Source: Clostridiales bacterium (GTDB taxonomy: Bacteria > Bacillota > Sulfobacillia > RBS10-35). From it: a stretch of 64,000 nt of DNA. The stretch lies in the NCBI GenBank assembly GCA_018729555.1, contig JAHHQG010000027.1:11705-75704 (forward strand), read 5' to 3'. Made by a program: the position numbers and the translations under genes. The notes below the pieces were generated by a model. That model had not been told where the DNA came from, searched no databases, and saw nothing but the letters and a program-made list of their open reading frames with translations. Position 1 is the stretch's first letter. Each line of letters starts with the position of its first letter. Positions 41,157 to 51,731 of the stretch are shown here, piece by piece.

Positions 41157-42764
41157 TCAGGGCCAGAGGCCCAGCCGGTAGCCCAGGCGCACGAGGCGGG
41201 GCCCAACCCGCGGAAGGTTCTCCACGTCGGAAGGCTGCACCACCCCCAGCCGGCCGGCCATGAACCCGTAAAGAAGCATCCCCAGGAGGATGGCCAACGC
41301 CAACCCCAGGACCTCCCCGCCCCGCCCCAGGGGCTGCCAGAGAAACTGAAAGCCGTAGAAGAAGGCGGCCACCCCCGCCCCCATAAGGGAGCTGGCCAGG
41401 AGGGGCCCGGGGAGGAGCTGTCGCCAGGGCACGCCGTAACCTGAGCGGTGGAGAAAAGCCAGATTGAGGCTCCCCGCCAGGAAGAAGGCCAGAACGGTGG
41501 CCAGGGCTGCCCCTTTGACGTTGAGGGAAGGATAGCCCGTCAGGGACCAGGTGAGGAGGAGCTTCAGGGCACCTCCGAAAAAGAGGGTGATCATGGGGAA
41601 GAGGGGACGGCCCAGCCCCTGGAGGGCGGCGGCGCTCACCTGCTGGAGGCTGATCCCCAAGACGCCCAGGGAAAGGATGGCCAGAAGGGGCCCCGCCTGC
41701 GGGGCTCGGAAGAAGGCGCTCTCGATGGGAGTGGCCAGCACCAGGAGGCCGGCGGCGCTGGGAAAGCTCAAGAGGAAGGTGAGGCGCAGGCCGGCGGCCA
41801 GGCGTCTCCGGATCCCCGCCTCATCCTGTCGGGCCTGGAGCTCGCTTAGGGCGGGCAGGAGATTCATGGCCAGGGCTGCCGTGAAGGTGGTGGGAAGGAC
41901 CATGAAGGGGGTAGCAAACCCGCTGAGGTAACCGTAGAGGGCGGTGGCTTCCGCCCCCAAACCCGCCTGGTGGAGGCGGGTGGGCACCACCAGGGCATCG
42001 ATGAACATCACCAGGGGTTGGACCATGTAGGAAAAGGAGATGGGGACGGCCAGGCCCAAAAGCTCCCGCAGGGCTCCTCTTTCCCAAAGGGGGCGCCGCT
42101 CCGCCGCCGGCCATTCCCGGAGCACCCTTTGGAACTGGGCCACCAGGTAGAGGAGGGAAGCCAGGCCGCCCACCGTGGCCCCCAGGGAAACCCCCGCGGC
42201 GGCCCACTCGATGCCGTAGGGGAGGAGCACCACCACCAGCACCACGATGGAGCCCACCCGGCTCAGCTGCTCCACCACCTGGCTGGCAGCCAGGGGCGTC
42301 ATGCGGCGGAGTCCCTGGAGAAACCCCCGCATGATGCTGGCCAGGGAGACAAAAAAAGCGGCGGGGGCGATGGCTTGGACCGTCAGGGTGGCGCGGGCGT
42401 CTTTGGCGATGGTCTGGGCATAAAAGGGGGCCCCGAAGAAGAGGAGGAGGGCGGCAGCCCCTCCCACCAGGGCCACCAGGAGAAAGGCCTGATAGAAGAC
42501 CCCTAGGGCCTGGCGGGGCCTGTCCAGGGATAAACGGGCCGCTACCATGCGGGCGACGGCGGAGGGAAGGCCGGTGGCCGACGCGCTCAGAAGGACGCCG
42601 TAGATGGGGGCCGCCATCTGGTAGAGGCCCATGCCCACCGCCGCCACCGCGCCTCCGCCCATGAGGATGGGCACGATAAAGCGGTAAAGGGCCCCCAGCC
42701 CGCGGCTCACCAGGCTGGCCACCACCAGGACCAGGGTCCCGACTAGAAACGATTCCCGCCGCAT
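41157..42764 (-). CDS. MOP-superfamily polysaccharide biosynthesis/flippase protein (YabM/SpoVB-like)
   Basis: 535 aa with about 14 TM spans. Syntenic with B. subtilis yabM, downstream of spoVT. Confidence 0.75.
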   Translation of the reverse strand: MRRESFLVGTLVLVVASLVSRGLGALYRFIVPILMGGGAVAAVGMGLYQMAAPIYGVLLSASATGLPSAVARMVAARLSLDRPRQALGVFYQAFLLVALVGGAAALLLFFGAPFYAQTIAKDARATLTVQAIAPAAFFVSLASIMRGFLQGLRRMTPLAASQVVEQLSRVGSIVVLVVVLLPYGIEWAAAGVSLGATVGGLASLLYLVAQFQRVLREWPAAERRPLWERGALRELLGLAVPISFSYMVQPLVMFIDALVVPTRLHQAGLGAEATALYGYLSGFATPFMVLPTTFTAALAMNLLPALSELQARQDEAGIRRRLAAGLRLTFLLSFPSAAGLLVLATPIESAFFRAPQAGPLLAILSLGVLGISLQQVSAAALQGLGRPLFPMITLFFGGALKLLLTWSLTGYPSLNVKGAALATVLAFFLAGSLNLAFLHRSGYGVPWRQLLPGPLLASSLMGAGVAAFFYGFQFLWQPLGRGGEVLGLALAILLGMLLYGFMAGRLGVVQPSDVENLPRVGPRLVRLGYRLGLWP

Positions 42765-42836
42765 GCGGCCCCCCTGACGTGCACGACACCCATTATGGCA
42801 GGGGGAGGGAAGCCCCTCAAGGGAAGGGGCCGGGGA

Positions 42837-43385
42837 TTAGGTGGCCATCTGCCGGGCGAGGAACCCGGCGGCCGCCTGCAGGAGCTTTTCCTCCACCGAT
42901 CCCAAGTGCCTCTCATCGCGGCTGGCCAACATCACGGTCCCGATGGGTCCCTTTTCCGCCACGATGGGCATGATCAGGAAGGAGCGGAAGAGGGGCTGAT
43001 CCTCATCGGCGGTGATGCCCCCCGCCAGCTCCCGGGCCTCCTCCGACGGAAGGGGCTTTCCCGTCTCCAGGACGTGTTTCACCAGGGTGCCCACCCGGCG
43101 ATCCACAAACTCCCGCTTGGGCGCTCCCGACGCCGCCAGGATAAGGCTCCGGTCCGTCACCAGGGCGATGAGGCCCGTGGTCTCATGGAGGGATTCGGCA
43201 TACTCCCGGGCATAATCGCTGAGGTCGCCCATGGGGGCATACTTCTTCAAGATCACTTCCCCGCCATGGTCCACGTAGATCTCCAGGGGATCCCCTTCCC
43301 GGATGCGAAGGGTGCGGCGGATCTCCTTGGGGATGACGATCCGTCCCAGGTCGTCGATCCGGCGGACGATGCCTGTGGCTTTCAC
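42837..43385 (-). CDS. spoVT: Stage V sporulation transcriptional regulator SpoVT (AbrB-type)
   Basis: (V)KATGIVRRIDDLGRIVIPKEIRRTLRIREGDPLEIYVD is near-identical to the B. subtilis SpoVT N-terminus. C-terminal GAF-like domain ends AAGFLARQM. GTG 43385 lies 8 nt after AGGAGG. Confidence 0.9.
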   Translation of the reverse strand: MKATGIVRRIDDLGRIVIPKEIRRTLRIREGDPLEIYVDHGGEVILKKYAPMGDLSDYAREYAESLHETTGLIALVTDRSLILAASGAPKREFVDRRVGTLVKHVLETGKPLPSEEARELAGGITADEDQPLFRSFLIMPIVAEKGPIGTVMLASRDERHLGSVEEKLLQAAAGFLARQMAT

Positions 43386-43458
43386 CTGTAAGATCCTCCT
43401 GGCCTTAAGCTTCCCAGGAAAGGGAAGGTTCATGCGGATGCCGGCCGGGAGGCCTTTC

Positions 43459-46400
43459 CTACGCTTCCATCAGTTCCTTTTTCCGCTGCAAGAGCGCCGG
43501 CACCTGCAAAAGATCCTTGAGGAGGGCTTCCACCTGGGGCAAAAGGGGCTCGCCGTCTTTCGGAGTGAAGTACAGGAAGGGCCTGGGCCTACCCCGCAGG
43601 GTGACCTGCCGTCCCCACGACGAGAGGCCCGTTAGCACCTCGGGGAGAACCCCTTCCAGGTAAGCGGAAAACTGCAGGCGCACCTGCCGGCCTTCCTGCC
43701 CGATGCTGAGGAGATGGAGGCGGGTCCCATAAAGGCGGAGGCGCTCCAGGGCGAAGAGATCCTCCACCACCGGCGGAAGTTCCCCGAAACGGTCCTGGAG
43801 CTCTTGGCGCAGGTCCTCCAGCTCCTCGAAGCGGGTGGCGCCCTGGAGGCGGCGGTAGATATCCACCTTGGCCCGGGCGGAAGGGATGTAGCTCTCGGGA
43901 AGGTAGGCCGGGACGGGAAGCTCGATGGCGGTCCGCATCTCCGGCACCCATCGCTCACCCCTTACCTCCCGCACCGCTTCCTCCAGCAGGCGGACGTAGG
44001 ACTGGTACCCGATCTGCAAGAGGGTCCCGTGCTGCTGCGCCCCCAAGATGTTCCCTGCTCCTCGGATCTCCAGATCCCGCATGGCCACCCGGAAGCCGGC
44101 CCCCAGGTAGGCGAAGTCCTCCAGCGCCTTCAGACGCTTTTCCGCCGCTTCCGTGAGGATCTTTTGAGGCCGGTACGTGAAATAGGCAAAGGCGATCCGG
44201 TCGGAGCGCCCCACCCGTCCCCGGATCTGGTGGAGCTGGGCCAGGCCCATGGTGTCGGCATCCTCCACGATGAGGGTGTTGACGTTGGGAAGGTCTAAGC
44301 CCGATTCGATGATGGAGGTGCAGAGGAGGACGTCGTAGCGGCGGTGGAGGAAATCCACCATGGCTTCCTCCAGCTCCCGGTCGGCCATCTGGCCGTGGGC
44401 CATGCCGATACGGGCTTCGGGCACCAGGCGCCTGAGGTATTGGTAGACCCGCGGCATGGTCTGGACGCGGTTGTGGAGGTAGAAGACCTGGCCGCCCCGG
44501 GCCAGCTCCCTGCGGATGGCTTCCTGCACCAGGCGGTCGCTATGCTCCACCACGTACGTTTCGACGGGGTAGCGGTTTTCCGGGGGCGTTTCGATAAGGC
44601 TCATGTCCCGGAGCCCCGAGAGGGCCATATGGAGGGTCCGGGGGATGGGGGTGGCGGTGAGGGTGAGGACATCCACCGAATGGCGGAGCTTCTTCAGCCG
44701 CTCCTTATGGGCCACCCCGAAGCGCTGCTCTTCGTCGATGATGAGGAGCCCCAGGTTGTGGAAGGCCACGTCGTCCTGCAGGAGGCGGTGGGTCCCGATG
44801 ACGATGTCCACTTGGCCCGTCCGCAGGCCCTTGAGGGTGTCGGCGATCTCCTGGGGCGTCCGGAAGCGGTTGAGAAGCCGGATCTCCACGGGAAGGCCCG
44901 CAAACCGCTGGGTGAAGGTCATGAAGTGCTGCTCCGCCAGGATGGTGGTGGGCACCAAGAGAGCCACCTGGTACCCGTCGCCCACCGCCAGGCAAGCCGC
45001 CCGGATGGCGATCTCCGTCTTGCCGAAGCCCACATCCCCGCAGATGAGGCGGTCCATGGGGCGGGGCCGGGCCATATCGGCCCGCACCTCTTCCCACGCC
45101 TTCCGCTGATCCGGCGTATCTTCATAGGGGAAGCGGGCGAGGCATGCCTGCAACAGCTCGCTGTCCCCGCGGAAGGCATGGCCGGGGGTCGCTTCTCGGG
45201 CCGCATAGAGGTGCAAGAGCTCCAGGGCCATCTCCCGGACTTCTTCCTTGGCCCGGGCCTTCACCCGCCGCCATTCGGCCCCTCCCAGGCGATGGACCCG
45301 AGGCGATTCCTCCCCCACATAGCGATCGATGAGGTGGATCTGATCCATGGGGACGTAGAGGCGGTCCTGGCCTTCATACCGGAGGACCAGGTAATCCCTT
45401 TCCGCCCCTTGAATGTCCAGGGTGAGGATCCCCATGTACTGGCCGATCCCGTGGTGGGCATGGACCACGTAGTCCCCCACGGAAAGCTGGTCGGCTGAGG
45501 TGATGGAGCTCCCTTCCCGGGCGAGGGATACCCGCTTGGGTGAACGCCTTGCGCCCAAGTCTTCCTGTCCCAGGATCACCGTCCGCAGGGAAGGCCAGAC
45601 CACCCCCTGGGGCACGGGATGCTGGACCACCCAGATCTCCCCCGGGGGAGGAAGGGGCGGCCCGCCCGTCCAGCCCTCCACCCGGAGGACGTCCAAGCCC
45701 ATGGCTTGGAGGCGCTCCTGCCAGTGGACGGCCCGCTCTCCGTCGGGGGCGCAGAGGAGGACCCGCCATTTCCCTTTCTGCCAGCGCGATAGCTCTTCTT
45801 TGAGGAGCTCCTCCTGGCCGAGAAAGGGCGGGACCGTCTGGGTTTCCAAGGCCCAAAACCCTTCCACCTGCGCCCCCCGGGGCGGGCGGGGGAGGGAGGT
45901 GAGATAGAGGATCTGGGCCAAGGATCCCCGCCTCCGAAGATCCTCCACTTTGATCCCCTCGGCCCCGGCCATCTCCCCCTGCTTTTGGGCCCGCTCCTCC
46001 ACCCGGAGGGGGTCCCAGACCAAAAGGAGGAGGTCCGGGCCCAGATGGTCCGGGAGAAACGCCCTTTCCTCCCGGGGTTCCAGGGACGCCGGCGGCACTT
46101 CAAAGGACCAGACTTCTTCCCGGGAGCGCTGCGTCTCGGGATCGAAGAGGCGGACGCTCTCCACCGTATCGCCGAAAAACTCCACCCGATACGGAGCCTC
46201 GGCGCCCACGGGAAAGATGTCCAAGATGCCGCCCCGCCGGGCGAAAAGGCCGGGCCGGTCGGCCAGATCGGAGGGCTCGTACCCTGCCGCCACCAGGCGA
46301 TCCGCCAGGCGGTCCAGGGGGATCTCATCCCCCATCTCCCCCCGGACCCAGCCATCCCGCCAGGTATCGGGGGGCAAAAGGGGCTGGGTCAAGGCGGCCA

Positions 46401-46803
46401 CGGGCGCCACCACCACCGGCTTTTTCTCCACCAGGTGGTAGCGGGCCAGGGCCCTCACCTGCTCTCCCTGCCGGGGATCCACGCTGCCTTGGCCGGCGGA
46501 AAGGAGGAGGCGAGGGCGCCAGAGGAGGGCCACCTCCTCCTGGGCCCAGCGGTTCAAAAGATCCGCCCAGATTTCCCCTTCCTCTTCCTCCGCCGTCAAA
46601 AGGAGCATAGGGCGGTCCATGGACGTCCGCAGGGCCGCCACCAGGGCCGCGGCGCCCGAAAGGTTCAACCCGTGGACCAGGAGCTCCCGCTGCCGCTTCT
46701 GCAGGCCCTGCCAGAGGCCTTGCAGGGAAGGCCAGCGAAAGAGGGAGCGAAAGAGATCATCCCTTACCGCCGACGATGGAATCGGTTCATCGCCTCTTCC
46801 CAA
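43459..46803 (-). CDS. mfd: Transcription-repair coupling factor Mfd
   Basis: Walker A CGDVGFGKTE, DEEQ box LLIIDEEQRFG, TRG/helicase motifs. The start is uncertain: TTG 46803 overlaps the pth 3' end, and no canonical start lies between there and the conserved N-terminal region. Confidence 0.9.
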   Translation of the reverse strand: MGRGDEPIPSSAVRDDLFRSLFRWPSLQGLWQGLQKRQRELLVHGLNLSGAAALVAALRTSMDRPMLLLTAEEEEGEIWADLLNRWAQEEVALLWRPRLLLSAGQGSVDPRQGEQVRALARYHLVEKKPVVVAPVAALTQPLLPPDTWRDGWVRGEMGDEIPLDRLADRLVAAGYEPSDLADRPGLFARRGGILDIFPVGAEAPYRVEFFGDTVESVRLFDPETQRSREEVWSFEVPPASLEPREERAFLPDHLGPDLLLLVWDPLRVEERAQKQGEMAGAEGIKVEDLRRRGSLAQILYLTSLPRPPRGAQVEGFWALETQTVPPFLGQEELLKEELSRWQKGKWRVLLCAPDGERAVHWQERLQAMGLDVLRVEGWTGGPPLPPPGEIWVVQHPVPQGVVWPSLRTVILGQEDLGARRSPKRVSLAREGSSITSADQLSVGDYVVHAHHGIGQYMGILTLDIQGAERDYLVLRYEGQDRLYVPMDQIHLIDRYVGEESPRVHRLGGAEWRRVKARAKEEVREMALELLHLYAAREATPGHAFRGDSELLQACLARFPYEDTPDQRKAWEEVRADMARPRPMDRLICGDVGFGKTEIAIRAACLAVGDGYQVALLVPTTILAEQHFMTFTQRFAGLPVEIRLLNRFRTPQEIADTLKGLRTGQVDIVIGTHRLLQDDVAFHNLGLLIIDEEQRFGVAHKERLKKLRHSVDVLTLTATPIPRTLHMALSGLRDMSLIETPPENRYPVETYVVEHSDRLVQEAIRRELARGGQVFYLHNRVQTMPRVYQYLRRLVPEARIGMAHGQMADRELEEAMVDFLHRRYDVLLCTSIIESGLDLPNVNTLIVEDADTMGLAQLHQIRGRVGRSDRIAFAYFTYRPQKILTEAAEKRLKALEDFAYLGAGFRVAMRDLEIRGAGNILGAQQHGTLLQIGYQSYVRLLEEAVREVRGERWVPEMRTAIELPVPAYLPESYIPSARAKVDIYRRLQGATRFEELEDLRQELQDRFGELPPVVEDLFALERLRLYGTRLHLLSIGQEGRQVRLQFSAYLEGVLPEVLTGLSSWGRQVTLRGRPRPFLYFTPKDGEPLLPQVEALLKDLLQVPALLQRKKELMEA

Positions 46804-47339
46804 CCGTGCTCGTAAACGGCAAAGAGGGCCTGGGCCCCCTTTCGGATCCCGTCCTGGAAGGCCTCGGCTTCCTCTCCCATGGGCGGGCTCAGCACCCAAT
46901 CCACCACCGCCACCCCTTCGGGCGGTCGCCCGACGCCGATGCGGATGCGGGCGAAATCGGGCCCGATGGCGGCCATCACCGAGTCCACCCCGCGGTGGCC
47001 GGCGCTTCCCCCGCCCCGTTTCAATCGTATCGTGCCCAGCGGAAGATCCATGTCATCGTGGATGATCCAGAGATCCTCCACCGGCACGGGGCTTTCCTGC
47101 AAAAACTCCGCCACCACAGGGCCTGACCGGTTCATGTATGAGAGGGGCTTCACCAGGCGAAAGGGGCGCCCGCCAAACCGCCCCTCCGCCACCAGCGCCT
47201 CCCGGCGCGGGTGGGGATGAAACGCGATGCCAAGGGCCCGGGCCACTTCGTCTAAGCAGAGAAAACCCGCGTTGTGGCGGGTGGAATGGTATTGGGGTCC
47301 GGGGTTTCCCAGGCCCACCACCAGCACCAGATCTTTCAC
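46764..47339 (-). CDS. pth: Peptidyl-tRNA hydrolase
   Basis: VVGLGNPGPQYHSTRHNAGF. GTG start forms a GTGA overlap with the ctc stop. Confidence 0.9.
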   Translation of the reverse strand: MKDLVLVVGLGNPGPQYHSTRHNAGFLCLDEVARALGIAFHPHPRREALVAEGRFGGRPFRLVKPLSYMNRSGPVVAEFLQESPVPVEDLWIIHDDMDLPLGTIRLKRGGGSAGHRGVDSVMAAIGPDFARIRIGVGRPPEGVAVVDWVLSPPMGEEAEAFQDGIRKGAQALFAVYEHGWEEAMNRFHRRR

Positions 47340-47950
47340 GCCTCAGGCGCCGGCTCTTGCGGAGCCTCCCCTTCCTCCGCCGGGGTCTCTTCCCCTTCTT
47401 CGTAGGCCTCCGGGATCACTACGGATCCCACGACCGTGTCCGCCGGAGTGACCAGCTTGACGCCCGGCGGCAGGGGGACATCCCCCGCGGTGATGATGGT
47501 GCCCGGCTCCAGGTGGCCCACCTCCAGGGGGAGGGCTTCGGGCATGTCCTGGGGCAGGCTTTCCACCTCCAGCTCCCGCAGCTGCAGCTGGAGGACCAGG
47601 CCCTTCTTCTCCAGCTCCTCTTCCCCGAGGATCTCCAGCGCCACTTCCGCCGTCACTGGCTCATCCAGAGATACCCGCTGGAAATCCACGTGAAGGACGG
47701 TCTTGCGCAGGGGGTGGATCTGCACCTCCTTCACCAGGGCCGGCTGGACCTGTCCTTCGGGATCCTTCAGCTGCACCAGGTGATGGCGCCCGAAGGTCTT
47801 GAGGAACTGGTCCAGGTCCTTTTGCCGGACGCGGATGGGCTGAGAGGGCTGATGGCGCCCGTAGACGATGGCCGGCACATAGCCCTCGCGCCTAAGCCGC
47901 CGGGCCTTTCCCGGCTCCCGGTATTCGATGGGCAGGGTTGCCTCCGCCAT
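47336..47950 (-). CDS. ctc: 50S ribosomal protein L25 / general stress protein Ctc
   Basis: RREGYVPAIVYG and HLVQLK...VQIHPL motifs with an acidic C-terminal tail. Confidence 0.9.
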   Translation of the reverse strand: MAEATLPIEYREPGKARRLRREGYVPAIVYGRHQPSQPIRVRQKDLDQFLKTFGRHHLVQLKDPEGQVQPALVKEVQIHPLRKTVLHVDFQRVSLDEPVTAEVALEILGEEELEKKGLVLQLQLRELEVESLPQDMPEALPLEVGHLEPGTIITAGDVPLPPGVKLVTPADTVVGSVVIPEAYEEGEETPAEEGEAPQEPAPEA

Positions 47951-47965
47951 GAGATCCCTCCTCTG

Positions 47966-48907
47966 TCACGTGAAGAGTTTGCTCACGGAAAGATGCTGAT
48001 GGATCCTCAGGATGGCTTCCCCGATGAGGGGCGCCACAGAGAGGACCTTCAGGTGGGGAAGGGCGGCCGCCTCCGGGGAAAGGGGAATGGTGTCGGTCAC
48101 CACGATCTCCTCGATGGGGGCTTTGGAAAGGCGCTCCACCGCCGGCCCCGAGAAGAGGGGATGGGTGCCGCAGGCGAAGACCCGGCGGGCTCCCCGCTCC
48201 TTCAAAAGGGCAGCCCCCATGGTCATGGTGCCCGCCGTATCGATGAGATCGTCGATGAGGATGGCGTCCCGTCCCGCCACCTCTCCGATGAGGGTCATGG
48301 CCTCCACCCGGTTGGCCTTTTCCCTGCGCTTGTCGATGATGGCCAGATCGGCATCCAGGCGGTTGGAAAGCTCCCTCGCCCGGATGGCCCCGCCGGCATC
48401 GGGCGACACCACCACGGGATCTTCCAGCCCCCGGCTCAGAAGGTACTCGGCGATGAGGGGGACGGCCGTCAGGTGGTCCACCGGCACGTTGAAAAACCCC
48501 TGGATCTGGCCAGCATGGAGATCCACCGTCACCACCCGGTGGGCCCCCGCCACCTGGAGAAGGTCCGCCACCAGCTTGGCGGTGATGGGATCCCGGGCCC
48601 GCACCTTTCGATCCTGGCGGGCATAGCCGTAGTAAGGGATGACGGCGTTGATGCGGGCTGCCGAGGCTCGCTTTAGGGCATCCATGAGGATGAGGAGCTC
48701 CATGAGGTTTTCGTTCACCGGCGGGCATGTGGGCTGTACCACAAAGACGTCGTGACCCCGCACGCTCTCGCGGATGCTGACGGACACTTCCCCATCGCTA
48801 AAGCGCCCCAGCTCCACCTGGCCCAGGGGCGTATTCACGTATTCCGCCACCTTCTGGGCCAGCTGGCGATGGGCTGTCCCCGCAAAGAGCTGGAGCGTCC
48901 CGTTCAC
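47966..48907 (-). CDS. prs: Ribose-phosphate pyrophosphokinase
   Basis: RFSDGEVSVSIRESVRG, DLHAGQIQGFF and the PRPP loop ILIDDLIDTAGT. GTG 48907 forms a GTGA overlap with the glmU stop. Confidence 0.9.
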   Translation of the reverse strand: MNGTLQLFAGTAHRQLAQKVAEYVNTPLGQVELGRFSDGEVSVSIRESVRGHDVFVVQPTCPPVNENLMELLILMDALKRASAARINAVIPYYGYARQDRKVRARDPITAKLVADLLQVAGAHRVVTVDLHAGQIQGFFNVPVDHLTAVPLIAEYLLSRGLEDPVVVSPDAGGAIRARELSNRLDADLAIIDKRREKANRVEAMTLIGEVAGRDAILIDDLIDTAGTMTMGAALLKERGARRVFACGTHPLFSGPAVERLSKAPIEEIVVTDTIPLSPEAAALPHLKVLSVAPLIGEAILRIHQHLSVSKLFT

Positions 48908-50313
48908 CTCTTTTGTCGCTCCTCCTGCGCCTTCCGCCACCGGGCCGCCCAGCCGGGCTTGGTCACCTGGCGCTCCCGGGCGATCCCCAGGCTATCGTCG
49001 GGCACATCCTCCGTGATGGTGGAGCCGGCTCCGATGATGGCTCCCTTGCCGATGATCCTGGGGGCCAGAAGGTTGACGTTGCACCCGATGAAGGCGCCTT
49101 CCCCGATCTCCGTGGTGTACTTGCGATACCCGTCGTAATTGACGGTGATGACCCCCGCCCCGATGTTGACCCGCGGGCCCAGGCGGGCATCTCCGAGATA
49201 GCTGTGGTGGTGGATTTTCGTCCCCGATCCCACGTAGGCCTTTTTCAGCTCGGCGAAGTTGCCCACCTCCACCCCCGCTTCCAGGTGGCAGCCCGGCCGC
49301 ACATGGCTGTAGGGGCCGATGGTCACCCCGTCGCCCACCTGGCTCTCTTCCACGGTGGAATACCAGATGCGGCACCCGTCGCCGACGCGGCTGGCGATGA
49401 TGTGGGCTCCAGGCCCGATGATGCACGAGCTCCCGATGACCGTTCCCTTTTCCAAAAAGGTGCCGGGTCGGAGGACGGTATCGGGTCCCACCTCCACCCC
49501 TTCTTCCACATAGGTGGTGATCGGGTCCTCCACCGTCACCCCCTTTTCCATCAGGGCTTCCAGGGTCCGCTGGCGGCACCAGGCTTCCGCCTGGCTGAGG
49601 GCCAGGCGATCGTTGACGCCGATGAAGGACCGGTGATCGGACCCCTGGGCCACCACCACCCGATGGCCTCCCTGCACCAGATCGGCAAAGACGTCGGTGA
49701 GGTAATATTCCCCTTTCCGGGGCGAAGGTTTCACCCGCCGCAGGACCGGCCAGAGGGTGACGGACCGGAACCAGTAGACGCCCGCGTTGACTTCCGTGAT
49801 GGCCTTTTCTTCAGGGGTGGCCTCCACTTCTTCCACCAACCGGAGAAGGTTCCCCTGGGGGTCCCGCAAGACCCGGGCGTAACCCCGGGGCGAGGGGGCG
49901 TCAAAACTGAGAAGGGCGGCTTGGGGCCGGGGCCCGTCCTCTTCCGCTTTTCTTACGGCGTCCAAAAGGAACTGGATATCTTCCGAACGCAAGAGGGGCA
50001 TATCGCCGTAGATGAGGATCAGCTCATCCAGGGAACGGAGGGCCTCCTCGGCCACCATGAGGGCATGGCCCGTGCCCAGGGGTTTTTCCTGGACCACCAC
50101 CTCCACCTGGCCGTTCAGGAGCTCTTCGATGGCGGAGGCATTTTCCGGGGAGGCCACCACCACCAGCTGGTCCAAGGATCCCAATCCCTGGAGGGCTTGC
50201 ACCGCCCGCACCACCATGGGGCGCCCCCCCACGGGGTGCAACACCTTGGGCAAACGACTCTTCATGCGGGTTCCCAATCCGGCGGCCAGGATGACGCCTC
50301 CGCGACCTGCCAT
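48904..50313 (-). CDS. glmU: Bifunctional GlcNAc-1-P uridyltransferase / GlcN-1-P acetyltransferase
   Basis: VILAAGLGTRMKS at the N-terminus (ATG 50313). C-terminal left-handed beta-helix hexapeptide repeats. Confidence 0.9.
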   Translation of the reverse strand: MAGRGGVILAAGLGTRMKSRLPKVLHPVGGRPMVVRAVQALQGLGSLDQLVVVASPENASAIEELLNGQVEVVVQEKPLGTGHALMVAEEALRSLDELILIYGDMPLLRSEDIQFLLDAVRKAEEDGPRPQAALLSFDAPSPRGYARVLRDPQGNLLRLVEEVEATPEEKAITEVNAGVYWFRSVTLWPVLRRVKPSPRKGEYYLTDVFADLVQGGHRVVVAQGSDHRSFIGVNDRLALSQAEAWCRQRTLEALMEKGVTVEDPITTYVEEGVEVGPDTVLRPGTFLEKGTVIGSSCIIGPGAHIIASRVGDGCRIWYSTVEESQVGDGVTIGPYSHVRPGCHLEAGVEVGNFAELKKAYVGSGTKIHHHSYLGDARLGPRVNIGAGVITVNYDGYRKYTTEIGEGAFIGCNVNLLAPRIIGKGAIIGAGSTITEDVPDDSLGIARERQVTKPGWAARWRKAQEERQKR

Positions 50314-50381
50314 AGGCCATCCCCCTGCGCATTGCATTCTACTATGGAACGCCTCATAGATCTACGACGGACGATGGGACG

Positions 50382-51731
50382 GTGGCGGTGAGGTCCTTCA
50401 GCCGGCGGATCGTCCGATCGCGCCTCTTGAGGGCAGCCTTCGTCCTTTTCAGCGCCGGGGCCATCAACCGCCTGCTGGGATTTGTCTACCGGGTGGCGTT
50501 GGTGAGGACCCTGGGAGCCGAAGGGGTGGGCCTGGTCCAGCAGGTGTACCCCGTGTTCTTGCTTTTCCTCACCCTGGGGACCTTGGGGCTCACCACCGGC
50601 GTCGCCAAGATGACGGCAGAGGCCCTGGCCCTCCATGATCCCGGCCGGGTGGGCCATGTGCGCCGGGCCGGCCTGGAGCTGGTCCTTCCCTCCGCCCTAA
50701 TGGTGAGCTTCCTGCTCTTCTTTCTCTCCCCCGCCCTGGCCCACCACCTCCTCCAAGATCCCCGCATTCTCCTTCCCCTCTGGGCGCTTCTTCCGGCCCT
50801 TTTGGCCAACGGATTTTCTTCGGTCTACCGGGGATTTCTTCTAGGCCACGAGGTCACCTTTCCCATCGCCTTGAGCCAGGTGGTGGAGCAGCTGGTGAGG
50901 GTGGGAGCGGTCCTCCTCCTTCTGGGCCTATCCCTCCCTTTGACCCATGTGCAGCTGGCCGCCTGGGCCACCGGTTCCACCGCCCTGGGGGAATGGGTGG
51001 GCTTGGCCGTCCTCCTCTTCCTCGCCCGGCCCTACGTCCGGAAGACACCGGGACCCCCTCCCCTTCCCCCGGGTCTTCACCGAACCCTCCTGGCCCTTTC
51101 CTTTCCCGTGGCGCTGGCCCATGTCCTCGCGTCCATCAACAGCACCCTGGATGCCGTCCTCATCCCGCTGCGCCTGCGCCAGACCGGGTACGACTCCGCC
51201 GAAGCCACGCGGGCTTTCGGGGAGCTGGTGGGCATGGCCCTCCCCATCGTCTACCTGGGCACGGTGGTGATCCAGCCCCTAGCCCAGACCCTCATCCCCG
51301 AGATCGCCGAGGCCGCCGCCCGCCGCCACCCAAAGGAGCTTCGCCAGCGCACCCTCCTGGCCCTCAGCCTCACCCTTCTGGTGGGAGGGAGCATGGGTGG
51401 CCTCCTCGCCTTCTTCCCCCAGGAGCTGGCCCTCCTCCTCTACGGGCAGGCCTCCGTGGCGCCTCTCTTGCAGGTGCTGGCCCCCCTGGCGCCCCTCCTC
51501 TACCTCTTCGCCACAGGCTCCAGCATCTTGAACGGCCTGGGCTGGACGCGGGACACGGTGATCATCATGGGCCTCAGCACCGCCACCCGTGTGGGCTTCC
51601 TCTTCCTCTTCACGTCCTTGGGCCTCGGCATCAAAGGAGCCGCCCTGGCCATGGGCCTGGCCGGCTCCTTTGCGGGGATCGCCGCCTGGTGGCGGGTGGC
51701 TCAGCTCCTGAACCGCCCTTGGGACCTATGA
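50382..51731 (+). CDS. MOP-superfamily flippase-like protein (SpoVB/MurJ-like)
   Basis: 449-aa polytopic protein. The N-terminus FSAGAINRLLGFVYRVALVRTLGAEGVGL is typical of SpoVB-type proteins. It is the only plus-strand gene in the conserved minus-strand block. Confidence 0.7.
   Translation: MAVRSFSRRIVRSRLLRAAFVLFSAGAINRLLGFVYRVALVRTLGAEGVGLVQQVYPVFLLFLTLGTLGLTTGVAKMTAEALALHDPGRVGHVRRAGLELVLPSALMVSFLLFFLSPALAHHLLQDPRILLPLWALLPALLANGFSSVYRGFLLGHEVTFPIALSQVVEQLVRVGAVLLLLGLSLPLTHVQLAAWATGSTALGEWVGLAVLLFLARPYVRKTPGPPPLPPGLHRTLLALSFPVALAHVLASINSTLDAVLIPLRLRQTGYDSAEATRAFGELVGMALPIVYLGTVVIQPLAQTLIPEIAEAAARRHPKELRQRTLLALSLTLLVGGSMGGLLAFFPQELALLLYGQASVAPLLQVLAPLAPLLYLFATGSSILNGLGWTRDTVIIMGLSTATRVGFLFLFTSLGLGIKGAALAMGLAGSFAGIAAWWRVAQLLNRPWDL

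Noticed and set aside
47138-50391. Two long plus-strand ORFs (512 aa and 492 aa)
   Set aside because: They are antisense to ctc/prs and glmU, which have unambiguous family motifs on the minus strand. These are shadow ORFs.
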